NCBI GenBank assembly: GCA_053919585.1 | Contig: CM132788.1 | Direction: 5' to 3' (one strand) | Source of the DNA: Euprymna scolopes | Lineage: Eukaryota | Length of the DNA: 64,000 nt | In this document: positions 25,641 through 40,270 of the stretch, piece after piece | Layout: the number at the start of each line of letters is the position of its first letter | Position numbering within the stretch: position 1 is the first letter of the stretch | The notes under the pieces: model-generated | What the model was told of the DNA's origin: nothing | The model's database searches: none | What the model saw: the letters and a program-made list of their open reading frames with translations, nothing else | Translations under genes and position numbers: made by a program

Positions 25641-27210
25641 CGCATGTTTTTTTTTTACTTGGTCTTTTACTTTGGACATACACACATACATACATTTTCG
25701 CTTTTATATATATAGATTTTTCATAGAGTTTATGGATTAAATCCTCGGCGATTATTTTAGTTCATTATTGTATGTGTATGTAATAGTGCGGTTAGCTAAT
25801 CAATTGTAAGTTTAGGGAATAAAAGTAGGGTTCAGAGGTAAATGATCGTCTGTAAGACGATGGCTTTAACCAAAGTATGGCAACTGATGAAAGTGCGACT
25901 GGAAAAGCGGTTTGTATGTCCTAATTTTTGTGGACGTCTGTAAATAAGCGTATTCAACTTAATTAGAATGTCTTCAAGCCACACCTGTCAATTTGAATTT
26001 GTACGGACAATATTTAATAATAATTTGGTGGATAGTGATATAGAGTCTTATTGCCAAGATGAGCTACACAGGGAGGTAGTAAAATAAAGAGAATGCATTG
26101 ACATCAGTAAAGGCGCCCTCGTTCGTAAGTGTTTCTAATTAGTTATCATTAACGAGCGATGTCAGTTTACGCGGTTTGTTCTAACAACCCCACCCTTATA
26201 ATGTCGTGTCGACAAAAGCAAACGTAATGATGTAAATTATTACTAATGAGATACCAAACAAGACATGAATGAAAACGTGCACTAATTCACTACCAATGGG
26301 GCAATGTTTCGCATCACATGATCTCGAGAAAATATAATCCAATTCTTTAGCCAATAATTCTTACAGCTGATTTATATTATTCTAGTTACTCGAGCTACTA
26401 TATACGTCGTTAATGATATGCTCAATACACTTATCACAGTAAGATTTTTTTTCAACTTGGGGTGCATTTTCCAGAAGTTGGAAATATATACATGTTTTGT
26501 ATTCCAGTCACCAACTATGTTATGCACACATACTTTATATTTTATTATTTGTCAGTATCGCCTGTACTAACGGAAAAAATATTCACTCATGTACACTGCT
26601 TGTGATTCATACAGTTCTTGTATAAATTCGGACAACTTTAAACTTGAACTTATTTAGATGTATAGTATTACTAGTCATTACTATATATTCATATATAAGA
26701 AACATAAGATTTTTACACTCTAATAAAACTAAAAATGTGAGAGAAGAAAATATGCATTTTTTAAAACCAAAACACCTGGTCCTTAAGAAACAATGATGGA
26801 AATTGCATTAAAAATGTTGGGCCCGAGGATTGCGTCTTCCTATACAAATGGTTCTTAGAAATCTGGGGTTCAGATTGCTCATTGGCTGTTTTAATGCCCT
26901 TAATTGAGTTTTACTCTTGAGATTCCCCCCACAAAAAAACAAAATGACAAACGGATAAATGTGGCGACATAGGCGTTAAGGCAATACTACCGAACCTTGA
27001 GATCACGCGATTATCGGACAATTATCGAAGAGCCTACCATGTTTGTCGTGTATTGCGTTATATGACTTTATTCTGTTGTAACAAGTAATCGAGGGTTTTT
27101 AAATGGCGAAATATTTACTTTCTTAAGGTCAAAATCTCACAGTCTTTACACTTGATTATGTTTCGCCATACGCGCTTTAAAATCTGCGTGTTTTGAGGTA
27201 ACCGTATATA

Positions 27211-27269
<59 letters not shown>

Positions 27270-27270
<1 letters not shown>

Positions 27271-28100
27271 TAGCAAAAGTACCCGTCGGTGACTGGGTTC
27301 ACAAACAGCATACAGAAAAAAAAGGAATCTGATTTATGATAGTATGATAGGTTATGAAAAGGAAGGGTTGTAAAGAGATAGCTTCGAATTTGGGATTATC
27401 AAAACCAAAGAAAAATATGATGAAAGTAAAAATAAAATAGATAAACCCCATAATTTCGAACTTGGGATAATCAAAACCAAAGAAAAATATGATGAAACTA
27501 AAAATAAAATAGATAAACCCCATAATTTATTATATCATACCTGTTCACACTGAAACATTATCACAATATTCTTTGGATCTATATTTAAAAAAAAAAAAAC
27601 CTGTAAAACTTTGTGACATATTTCCATTCAATGGAGGTCAGGTGCGAACGAACCTCCCATAATTTTATTATACCATATTTCTTCAAACTGAAACATAATT
27701 ATCAAAGTATACTTACGCAGATAGATATGAAAAGTCTTTATTAAAGTGTGTGCCTATTTCGATCTTATGGAGGCCACGTGCGAACGCAGACCCCACAATT
27801 TTATTATACCATCCATATTTAAGTTAAAACATACTTATCAAAGTATGTACATCTATATCAAAAACACTTGTAAACGTTTCTTTTTTACTTTTAAGTTTCT
27901 TTCCATACTGTGTGGAGCAGGCGCGAGCGCAGACCCCACAATTTTAATGAACCACCGTTCTGCAAGAACAAACATACCCAGTCCTGTCTCGATTGATCTT
28001 CTATCATTATATGGGATCAGTTTTTTTTTTAAATAGTCAACTATATAGGAGCCAATTCGTGACCAGTCACACACACAGACATTCAGCTTTATATTATAAA
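27270..28100 (-). mobile_element. Non-autonomous Helitron-like element H3 with internal tandem repeats
   Basis: CTAG at 27270 next to hairpin cccgtcggtgactggg, abutting (TA)n; 72-bp tandem duplication 27383-27526; about 137-bp unit (cccataattttattatacc) x4; cacacagac..gctttatattata 5' end. Confidence 0.65.
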
Positions 28101-28435
28101 TATACTTTTTCTATCCTTGCATAGTGTAATCCTCTTTTCTATTAGTACACTATTGACCAGCCAGCGTATGCAAGTAACAAGTCTTTAAATATTTTACTTT
28201 TTTAGGTAATTTTTTTATCTTTATATAGTTGTATTCTCTTTTTTATTCTTAAACTTTTTTAGAGGTCAGGTAATGTAGGTGCTACGTCTATGATAAGTTG
28301 AATCTGCAAGATCAAACATACCTATTCCTGTCTCGATATATATTCTATCATTATATGGGATCATTTTTTTTTTAAATAATCAACTATATAGGAGCCAATT
28401 CGTGACGAGACACACACAGATATTCAGCTTTATAT

Positions 28436-28466
<31 letters not shown>

Positions 28467-28486
28467 CTGTATGTATATATATATGC

Positions 28487-28517
<31 letters not shown>

Positions 28518-29000
28518 ATAGTTAACATGCGGCAAAATAGATTCTTTTACTCTGATTATCAAATTAACTTTAGATATTATAATTTACTTATATTAATATA
28601 TATATATATGTATTAATATTTATATTTTTATATATAAGTATAAATAGTAACCGTATGGTTTTACATTTTGTTATTGGGAAGTGGTATATTCTAATAGATA
28701 ATTTTTAGCAGCTGTTCTGTTTTTAAATAACCGAAACAGTTGCATGGGAGGCAGCTGAAAATCACCTATTCCTATAACGGATATTTTAATTAAGGTTTTC
28801 TTTTTTCTATCCTTGCATAGTGTAATTCTCTTTTCTATTAGTACACTGTTGACCAGCCAGCGTATGCAAGTAACAAGTCTTTAAATATTTTACTATTTTA
28901 GTTTTTTTTTTTTAATCTTAATATAGTTGTATTCTCTTTTTTATTCTTAAACTTTTTTAGAAGTCAGGTAATGTAGGTGCTAAGTCTATGATAAGTTGAA
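27958..29000 (+). repeat. Interleaved local duplication A-B-A'-x-B'
   Basis: A 27958-28100 matches A' 28302-28440; B about 28105-28301 matches B' about 28802-29000. Confidence 0.9.
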
Positions 29001-29210
29001 TTTTGTGTTTATTCCGGGAATTAAAACTACATTCTTCATTTTCATTTTTACATTTTTTTAACTCAAAGCTTTTTTTTATATTAAACACACACATACACAC
29101 ACACACACGCATATATATATATACATTTACATATAACATAAATAAACACAAATATATTAACATTTATACACACACAGACAAACAGACATGTATACCTATC
29201 TTTATATATG

Positions 29211-29279
<69 letters not shown>

Positions 29280-30411
29280 GTATTAATGCATGTGTTAATG
29301 TATTGATTTAATTTTAATATACTATTAGTAATTATTGCTTCAATGGTGAATTAAATTGTATACCATGTCTACATAAAAAGATATGTATCGCCCAAACTGT
29401 ACGTTGCTCTTTTTAGAAATCTGGCGCTACATCATTTTTGACCGTTATTAGTGTTCCCTTCATCCAACAATTAGTCACTTTGTTTGTTCTGGCTCTATGG
29501 AGTCAGTAAAACTTTCAATATATCGATGGATTACGGCCTTAAATTAAGATCCGGAATATCTCAATTTCGATATACTGTTTTCTTTAAAAATTTCACCCTT
29601 TTTAAATGATTTTGGACACCAGACATACTCCCTAATCACAGTAAATGGTATCATATAGGTAACATAGTTCCTAAATGTCAACATCTACATGTTTCGTATA
29701 AAATAAACAGATCTCAATATTAGTCGGAGTGTTTTCTTGCTTGATTTAGATATTAAGCACAAGATGTTATGTATTTTAAACTTGCATACGGTGTTGTTTT
29801 ATTTAAATCCATCCATATCCTCCTTATATGTATTCATGCGTGAACAGATTGTTGTGGCTTTATGTTGGCCGCTACTGATGATCAGTTGCTTTGCAGTGCG
29901 AGTTGGTTTCAATAGGGATTGCTTTGTATACAAATTTCCTGAATCGTCTATTTATTTTTATCTCGATATCATTTAGAATGATGCTCTAGTGATTAATTTC
30001 TTGTTGTTCACCAATGTCGTATCAATCTTGTAACATGCGATCAATCTTGGTAGTGGCATTTGTAATTGTATTATTTAACATTACACATTCTCTTTAACAA
30101 TTTTACTTTACATAAGTTTACATATTCTATCAGCGCTGAATAGTTATCTTAGAATATCTGATTAACATATGTCCGGGATATGCATCTACTAAATACAATT
30201 AAGAATTTTTTCTTATATTTGCAAGGAGAGATGATTTTTGTTTCATGTATTCTGAAATGATAATATCATTAGCTGTCTAAATAATATCCTTTGCGACATA
30301 TATTAAATCGCAATGTTTAAACATCCCAGATGACAAACCAACAAAAAATATAAAGGTGTTACTGTCACACTTCAATAAAATGTGTGAACTATTAAAATAC
30401 CTTCTTTTCTT

Positions 30412-30580
30412 NNNNNNNNNNNNNNNNNNNNNNNNNNNNNNNNNNNNNNNNNNNNNNNNNNNNNNNNNNNNNNNNNNNNNNNNNNNNNNNNNNNNNNNNN
30501 NNNNNNNNNNNNNNNNNNNNNNNNNNNNNNNNNNNNNNNNNNNNNNNNNNNNNNNNNNNNNNNNNNNNNNNNNNNNNNNA
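30412..30580. other. Assembly gap
   Basis: N run. Confidence 1.
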
Positions 30581-32959
30581 TAAGATTATGCTATCAGACA
30601 AGTTCGTTGTATCTTCAACATACGTCGAGGTTTTGCGGACAAGGATACTGCATGTTTATTTATTCTTTGACTATATAATATTTTATTTGAAAAAGTAGTA
30701 CTACCTTTGCTGACGTTATCGTGTGTTGTTCGGTGTTAGAATGTGCTATTGAACAACGAAGAGCCATTAATGATAAAACCTTCTAATAAGATTTAAGCTA
30801 GGCATATACTTTTACACAAGTATAACAGGGAAATGAGTCCATAAACCTTTATATTCAGGCATCAAATCTTCTTGCAGCTGAACTCTCTCATGGAATCTTA
30901 CTGCTGTTTTTACAGCGATAGATCTTTCTGCAATGCATTTCTATGTGGCTTTCTATCTTTTGTGGTATGTTCCACACTGCCTGGAAATAATACTTAATAA
31001 CTCCAAGTGGCTGTACAATGTGCTAGAGTTTCAAAAGGTTCAACTTCACATGGACCTTCCCTTGCTGTTATTACTAATACTAAAATGTGTTTAGTGATTT
31101 TACTGATGCTGCCGCTGCTAGTACTATTATTACAACGTGTTCACTAATTCTGCTGATATGCGTATGATGTGTACTACCAGTCTTACTTATGCGGTAGCGC
31201 CATTTTATTAAACTGAAAACTGTTATATTAGCCCGTGGTAAAAATGGTGATGATTTTCCTCCCATTACTAAAATTGAACAGTTAAAGGTTAAACTCCCAA
31301 CTAAGAGTATAGATAAAGGCAGATCTTATTGTTTGGCCAATGCTCGTATTGTTTCAACAATGAACTTGTCTACTTTGAAACTAGATTTCGTAAGCCACAT
31401 GGTGTAATCCGACATTTTCAATGACTTTATTTGAGTATTATATTAAGAAAATTCTTCCGACAACCACGGGTATAAAAACATTTACTACACAATAGTATTT
31501 AATTCTTGACAAATATTATACTCGCAGTACACTTTTTTAATGTGTCCGGTGTATTATTATTTCTTTTGAAAATCTCGTTATATTCTAAGTATATGCGCAA
31601 AGTAAAAGTAAAATCGATTGTCCTCTCGTTAAATATTCTGAAATTTTAACCCCCTTAATTGCAAAACTGTTACAGCTACGTACCGGAATTACAGTGCTGG
31701 GGATATTTAATTCGTTGAAAACATTCTAAAACTGTTTGAAGATGATATGATGGGTCACTAAGATTGTTGAGACTTTTTCCCCTACGAATAGTAACCGATG
31801 CATTTTCTTACTGTTAAGGTTTTAGTGCTTACTTTCTTACCAACTATCGCAAATCGTGTAAAGCAAATAGGCTAGTCTCAGATCTTTAACATAATTTATT
31901 ATCTAACCTATACTACCAAATTAAAAGTTGTACCGAAGATCACTTGTTAGTCGCCTTTCAATCTAAATATCTTTTTAATCAATTTTGTAACCCGGCAAAT
32001 ACTCCAAGGAGTGTGCGCCGAGTGCACGTAAGCGCAGTTCTATCTGGTTTCGATTTCGGAACACTCAAGAGAGTTCCGCTGCTTAGCATTGCTCGTGAAA
32101 GTGTTTGATTAGACGACAGGCGTTGATGCGCCATTCTGATTATTTCCTTTCCACAAGAAGTTCGCAAAGTAGAAAAAGAAAACAACGACCAAAAACAAAG
32201 GATTCAAAGTCTTCAAGGATATAATGTAGCACGCACCTCACAATGTTTTTTTAGACCTGGAGGTCACAGTCTGTTCCCGGCACTGGAATAGATGCACTTC
32301 CGATCAGTGTCTCCTGAAAGAGAATAAATCATGTAGTCTGTTATGCATAATAGCTAGGATATTATTCCCGTAAAAATAAATACAAATTCCAATCGTCAGT
32401 TCCTTGTTTTTACAACAAGTATAGTATCGAATAAAACTTCTAAACTACACTATGTTTTATTATACTATGGGATAAACTCCCTATTACATTTTATCAACAA
32501 CACAATTATTTACAGTTAAATGTAACAGGTAGTTTCCAATAAAGAAATATCTATATAAGACGAACGGTTTATCTCTCTCGTTTGTCTAAATGTTCTCATT
32601 GGCCTAGTTAGAGGAGGTGGTCTGGCAGGCTAGAGGAACATTATTTATGTAGCTGATGTGTTGTTGTAAAACTAGCAAAATTTGCTCGTTCCGGTGTTTT
32701 GGTATCGGGTAACGTGGTGGGTCTGGAAAATTGGTAGTGTTTCTCCACGAATCAATAATCCTTACGTAAAAATCTGTTCACTATCGATTGGTCACTGGCA
32801 ACATTAATAAATTAAGAACTTTTACAAAGACAAGTTTTTCACGACGAGCCAGTTTCGGTCCTCCCAATTTCAGTGAACACAATACAACAAACCAATACGA
32901 TTCATCGCCAAATAATTGTTTCGTTAAGGAAGTATTATATTATCGTTTTGTTTTTGTTT

Positions 32960-35900
32960 TACGGAGGAGTCACCATTTATCAAGGTTCAGAGGCCACTTG
33001 AGGATAAGGGTTAATATGTGTGCAGTGATCAATGGGACAGTGACGTAGTAATTGTTAGTAGTGGAAATTTGGTAAATTGGATTATTTAAGGGGAACGGCT
33101 CATCAAAAACTTGTTTACCTTGGACTTATAGACGACCATATTATAGTCAGCCGGAAAGCAGGAAAATAGAAGACACATCCACAGATGTACAGTTCTAAAA
33201 AAGTGTTGCTCATAGAATCTACGTTTAGGTTTAGGCACGTATAAGGAGTTGGGAAAATTATTGATAGTGGTTTCAGCTAGAAGATTGTTTTTTTTATGAA
33301 AGTTCGGCGAGCGGGGGCGGAGATTGAAACTCACCGAGCACTTGCAATGAAAATATCGATAAAGTAGAGACAGGCTCGCAACGATTCTTCTGTGAGAACG
33401 AGGTTTCAGAAAAGAGACAAGAGCATCTCCTACTAGGCTATTAAGTCTATTTTAACTCCGTCAAGCAGGATAAGCTCTTGCTAGCTGCTCTTGCCCAGGT
33501 GTGACAGCAGTACTGTATACTTGTACGTACCTGGCTCTTATATCGATCGTGAACTGCAGTTAAATATCTACTCGATCGATAGAAGGACTCACCCATATTT
33601 CCAACGACCTTGGCAACAAATTTGATGTACGTATTGCATTTCAGATCAGGAGTAATGGTCAAGCCCAAGAGCCTGTAAACACATGGAACCTCTCATAGAC
33701 GAGATCCATTAATTTCAATTAATGCCAGATGGGGATTAGAAGGTTGATGATGTAAAGACAAACGCTTGGTTTCAGATGCATTAAAAGAAACCAGCCACTT
33801 TTTTCCCATTGTACCAAATGCTCAAGATCAGAAGTTTACGGTATTTGATGTATTGATAGATGTAGTGCCCTCAGCATAAATATATACGAATGATCTAAGG
33901 ATATGATTTGGGAGATTATTGATGTAGATTAGGAAGAGAGTTGGACCTAGGATGGAACCCTGAGGGACTTCAGCATTAATACTGTGCGTGTCTGATTTCT
34001 GCCCATCAACCACTACTCTTATGAAACCACCAGGGAGAAAGAATTTAATAATTGAGGAGACATTACCACCTATACCTTAACTGGAGGTCATGTGTAGTAG
34101 ACATTTATGCAATACTCTATCCAAGGCGTTTGATATGTCAAGAGCAACTGACCTCACAAAGAAAGCTCTGTCAGGAGATTCGCTAATCCTATAATATATA
34201 ATCGTAAGCACAGCTGCTGTATATCTAGCAAAACGGAATTCCATATTGTATGTATCTAAGAAGTTTATTTTTGCCGAGGTGGTTGACGACTCTTTTATTT
34301 AAAACAGATTTCAGCAACTTACTCATGGCACATAGGAGACTTATAGGTCGATACTGAGGAGATGACTGAACACCTGATTTCTGAAATATTTGACAATTTT
34401 GAGGAGGTTTTCCAGTGTGTTGGGAAACAATTCCTCTTAAGACAACACTTAAACAGCTTTATAAGTATGGGAGCTTGTTCGACTTAAAGCTTTTTTTTTG
34501 CACTATAATAGGAATGCCGTCTGGCCCAGTTGCTTTACTGGAATCAAGGTTTTTGATCAGCTTGGCAACATCACGCATAGATATTTGTATCAGGGAGTCT
34601 TTTCTAATACGGTAGGAAATAATAGGAGATGGTGGCCTTGTTCGCATAGTGTACAATTAGTTGAAAAGTTATTGGCAAATAGTTTTGCTTTATCTGATGC
34701 TGTCGAGATTAACTCAGCTCCATTGATGATAGTTGGAGTAGAGCAAAGGCTTTTGTTCAGTATCCTGTTCACTATTTGCCAAAACTGATTGGAACCAAGC
34801 CGCTGCTAAGCTACTTCGACTTGACAGGCTGAGCATACTACTCTCTTGCGTTCTTTATTACTCGTTTAAAGTGGTTGCTGGCCGTCCTGAAAGCGGATTT
34901 AGTCTTAGTACATCTATTATGTCGGAAGTAATGGAAAAAGGGATTTCTCTGCGCAATGGCAGAATCACATTCTGGCGAGAACCACTGCTGATTGTTAGGT
35001 TTTTTGCAGTAAAAGTTTTTGAGAGAATGAAACGATTTATACTAATAATTAACCATTCGTAAGGTCTGATATCATAGAGAGCACATATTTTTTAAACATG
35101 GGGCGCAGAGGAAGATCTGATATACATGTACGGAAGCTATCCCAGTTAGCCATACTCTATCGCTATACTGTATGATGTAGAGATACATCTAAGGACTTAT
35201 TACATTTCGTTTTTATATTAAGTGATACAACCAAATGGTGGGAGGATACTAGTGGAGACAGAACGGAAGACGAACATGGCTCAGTGCAAGTTGTGAGAAA
35301 CACGTCTAGGAGATTTGCCTACTGGCCATGAGTGTCGGGTACGCGGGTGAGTTCGTGAAAAATCTGGGCGAGGCCATAAGCAATGGATAAATCATGACAG
35401 AACATCCCCTCATCATATGTCTTGTTTGAGTTGATTAACCATCCCAAATTGATCACATCGAAGTGTCCACGGATGTAAATATTAGCTGAAGCATGAGCAG
35501 ACAGTGTGTGGTCAATTCTCTAATATATGCTTTTTAAGATAGTACTCTGTTGTTGTGGGAGCGAAAGAGAACAGATATAAACGCAGTTCTATGAGCTTGT
35601 GCAACCTGGAAACGCATATATGGGAAATAAGGACTTTCTGTGGATGTGTTTCTACCACATCCAAATCCATGTTTAATATAGGCACATATTTGGAAGTTAA
35701 GTTTGACTATCTTTTTACTACGAACTCATATAGGGAAATAATCGGTTCAATGCCAGTTGTGCTTAGGAATAATAGGTCTAGTTTAGTCTCCTATAGCTAG
35801 GTTTCAACCCCTGGAAGGTTGGAACCTAGAACCCTGATGTTGGGGCACGAGACCTGGTAGAGAGGGTTTACCTTGGATATTAGAGATCAGGGTTAGATCA

Positions 35901-36068
35901 TGTATTTTCTGATTTAATGATGGTGATTTCAGATTTGTGGAATAGGTCTACAAACTTGCTTACAGCAGTGCAGAGAGGGTAAGTAAGAGAGAAATAGAAA
36001 TGCAGAAATAATTATTTTTGTAGCACATGAAAACTAAAGTCGTAACAATTACCCACTAATATGGCATC
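32960..36068 (-). mobile_element. CR1-group LINE family A, second near-full-length decayed copy
   Basis: EVPQGSILGPTLFLIYINNL, LDSSKATGPDGIP; colinear with 14113-17255 up to aacaattacccactaatatggcatc. Confidence 0.92.
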
Positions 36069-36934
36069 ATAGTTTCCAACTCAGCTCAGTTTAATTTTAG
36101 ATTTTCCTTGCTTTGATTTAGTCTTCAACCTGCAAGGACGCCTGTAATTGCCCCGTGTTCTTCAATATCAATCGTTCTAATGAATGTGTTTTCTTTTACC
36201 ATTACTGTCATATTCACTATATCAAGAGGTGTTGTTAGAATTTAAACAGAACCCATGATTATCACAAATTTCAAAGTTTTATGGATCATTTTATCTCCAA
36301 TAACAAATAATATGGGATATTAATATTAGCGCTAAAATGAATTTTATGGAACACTATTTTATTATTTCTTGGAATCGCAACTGTTGCACATTAACGCTCT
36401 AAAGAGCTTATACTTGGCATTGGATTTCTATTACGTACTACCACTAATGCAATTTCCCACGAGCGCATATTTAATTTTTTATATGCGTTCTTTCACGGGA
36501 TCTGCATTACCTGTTTGGTTTTGAGCATGGTGTACTCTTATTGAAGCAGTTCGGCTGCAGATGCATGTATGACCTATCGTTGTGGAAGTGCCTTTCTTCA
36601 AAGCCAAACCTACACATGAGAGAAGTTAACGCTGTGATGATTGAGGAGATTCAGCTTCACTGAGACATTTGACACGTTTTAAACGCTCGAATCACCTGTA
36701 AAATTTTGCTGAAAACATTTTACCTAGTAATTTCTCTACAAATCTGATCTCTTAACTTAGTGTAAATTCTACAGAACGTGATATGGTGAATCAGAATGGT
36801 GAAATACATGATTTTCAAAGATCCGAAACGTAGTACTGCTCTTCCAATGGTCAGCTCCTTGTCCGTTTCTAACGATGACGAACACACTGTGTTTGTGTGT
36901 TATAAAATGTCACAGTAGTTATAGTTGTTTTAAA

Positions 36935-37200
36935 TATTGCATTTTTACCTCAAACAAGGCACAGTGGGACTATAACGTAGAGGGCTACAATATGTGGCAA
37001 AATTGAAAGGATTATATATAGGGAGTTAGGCAGCATGATATTTTTTACATTACATTTGAACTTCTGCATGTCTATATAGACGGAGAAGCAGTAAGAAGGA
37101 AGCAGGAAGGCATTCTCATGTCCAACAGTTATGGGGAAGAAACTATTAGAGTAAGAATCTTTCCAGCATCTGTCTATGTCCAAGCAATGGAGGAGAATGA
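36935..37200 (-). mobile_element. CR1-group LINE family B, 3' end fragment
   Basis: SYSNSFFP..MQKFKCNV; terminus gccttgtttgaggtaaaaat matches 47402-47425. Confidence 0.75.
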
Positions 37201-39969
37201 AATCGTGTTTGAAAATCGAAGAAATGTTCAGAAATGGGATCGTACAAAACCAGATTATAACGTCACGATAACTACCGGAAACGTTAAGATTCGAAAAAAA
37301 AGAATGCACTCTGTATGTCATAGGGCGTAGCCTATTCAGGCGAAAATACATAAAAAATGTTGTGACGTATTAATCCGATAAGTAAGCTTTATTTACATAT
37401 ATTAAGGATTTAAGGATGTAATGAGGAAAAAAACATATACGGCGCTCATGTATGACACAAAATGAAACAAATATGCGCGCGAAAAAATAAGAACCTTTTA
37501 AACCCCTGGACAACTTGAGGCATATCATAGATATTCCAACATATTCTGTATGAAGCTTTTAAATGGCCTGTTTTTCTAAATCAATATTCTCCAACAGAGC
37601 TTACCATAGACTCGAGGCCAGAGGGATCAGTGTGCCGAAAGTTACCATTGCAAGGAAGATTGTAAAATATGATGAAAAATACATAATAGATTTTTATTTC
37701 TTTTAATCAAAAAAGAAGGCATCGTTCCACGTTGGCCTAAGGGGCTACTATTTGAGACTAAATTTACTAGAACACTATGTTATTGGCTTTAGCAGCAATA
37801 TATGCGGGTTGAGACTTGGTTAACATTGCGCAACCTATAATGTTAACCAATCATTTATAACCATGTCTAGGTGTGAAAGACACGTAGTAGATACAGTAGC
37901 CCAAATCTGGTATACATTCAGAGAGTACACTTAGGATACCTGTAGTAGGGCAGACTTGCCTAAATCCACACTCTTGGTTGCAGAGAAATTTAGTGCTTGA
38001 TTAATTACGAACTCAAAAATATTTGCGACGAGATGTAGGCAACAATCGGGGTTACGCTTTAGTGCAACGGTTCTTTCGCCAGAATTCCTGTAACCAGGAG
38101 TCAAGATAATTATATCCGGTATCGTGCAGTTTTGAGAAAACCGGGCTAAACTCAGCCGATCATTATTTTAATAGTATAGCCAGGATGAGAACAAGTCCAC
38201 ATATCCTGACGTGTTTAGTTGTTATTTTTTCATTATATCAGATTTTAGAAATGGTTTATTTTACGCAATTGGGCTTTGTTTCTGTCCGCAAATAAACTTC
38301 TGGAAACGATGGTTTGCTTACTTAAAAGTGAAGTTAAATGCAAACCGTCAGGAAATAATGTTTGCCCTCTCGGTTTCTGTAGAAACAACCTCAAAGTTCA
38401 TAGGCATTCGTGGAATTATTGATTGCCGATTATTTAGTACACTGTGATAATTTGGCTAGAAATCTCTAGTTCCTAATGTCTGCGATTTTTTCTGCGACTA
38501 TTTCTTTCTTCTATATACTTTTGTTTATTTTTACTCGATTAACGTCAGATATCTCTGCGGTATTCATTTTGCTCTGAACAAGTAGAAGTGAACCAATAGT
38601 TTTTTTTATAGAATTGCTGTGTAAGAATATTTCATTCCCTTCCGTCTTTTAACGATTCCTTTGTCTTATTTGCGCATTGTTTCGAAAAAAAGAGAAAATA
38701 TATTTCCAATTGGAGCATAACTGATGTAATTCCTAATGACTCCCTCATAATTATTATTGTAGTAATTTTTCATCTTGAGCTATCTGTTCTCAACAGAGTA
38801 AAGGATTTAGAGTGATGTCTATAATTACTATCACATGATCGTCAGTTTCTAGTAAGCAAAATATGTCTGTTACACAATCTTTGGGATATGTGGTCAAGAA
38901 TAGGTCTAGAAATAAAGGTCGCTGATTTTGTCGATCTAAAAATCGGGTTGGAAACATCACTGCTTTTATCGAGGTATGCGATGCACAAATGGTTTGTGTT
39001 ATGCTATAAGCTATGTATGTAGAACTTGATAATCAAAACCATAAAAAGTAGCTATGTTTGTTCCTTGGTAAATTATGCAATACATATGTTTATATTCGGC
39101 TCCTTTCTTTTCTATACAAGGGTATAGTGTTCTGGTGAAGTCATAAATGTCGACGCATAGAAAATTCTCTTTACATACGTTGAAGGTACTCGGAACGCCT
39201 CACAGGCTAAAGATATTACCAGCGTCAACTAGTAACACTCATTCAGTAACGCTACTTACTCGATTATTACTCAAGCCTGTAGCAAGACACACTCATCTTT
39301 CCAAATATGTAATTTCGCGGAATATGGCAAACTTATATCGTGAGAATACGTTAAATAAAAATACAAAATAACAAAGAAAACATTAGTATTTATTTAATTG
39401 CATATTTGTCAGAAATTTATTTGAAATTAAAACAAATAGCCAACTGCTTAAAATATCTGAAAGTGCTAATCAGACTATATATCTTAAAATGTAAAAGAGA
39501 GAAACGTGCAAAATCTGATAAAAATCGAGAATATTATAGAATATTAAGTGTAAAGAAAACACGTATGGACTCTGAAAATAATGTAAACGGCCTTTAACAG
39601 ATATCTGTTACATTAATACGGGCACTTCCTTCTGTTCTTTGCAAATTGTTAAACATTGTGTTATTATGCAGAGCATATGTATTCCAACAAATAGGACACA
39701 ACGTTTCGGACATATGTAGGATTGTGCATATAATTCCATGTAAATTAATTTTACAGACAACTTAACCAAAGTAATATTGTACCGTTACACACGTGAACCC
39801 AACACATTGTAATCTCAATATCGCTGGAAATGAAGAATAGGAAAAAAACTTCAACTCGGTTTGATTTCTTGTGACATAGGGATTTATTTCCTTGTGAAGT
39901 GCTCGTTTGAGCTCCAATATCTTGTCCTACGTCGCCAATCTTTAACGAAAAACACACGTCTATCTGAAA

Positions 39970-40270
39970 CCACTATCTTTAATTTCCCCCACCCTTTATC
40001 TGTGCTTAAATCAAAACTTTGATTCCATGAACAAAGCTGCTTTCTTTAAAATGCACGCTTGTGGAACTCTCTTCCGTTTTCCTGATTACAATCTGGATAT
40101 CTTCAAGTTAAACATAAACAGGGTCCTGATAAACCGCCTCCTTAAGTGAGACACTTCATCAGATCTCAATTACTAACGATTACTACGATATTATCCCATT
40201 TATTTATGTACACCCAATAACGCTTATTTCCGAGTGGCCTTGATATGTGGTAACTTCCATGTAAAAAAAG
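39970..40270 (+). mobile_element. CR1-group LINE family A, short 3' fragment
   Basis: Colinear with 61140-61450; ends tgtaaaaaaa. Confidence 0.85.

Larger units (their letters stand above)
21427..25716 (-). mobile_element. Non-autonomous Helitron-like element H2 carrying satellite arrays
   Basis: Minus strand 5' TCTATATATA at 25716; 3' cccgagcaaagccggg hairpin + taggcccg + CTAG at 21427; flanked by A and T; (CATA)n near the 5' end. Confidence 0.75.
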
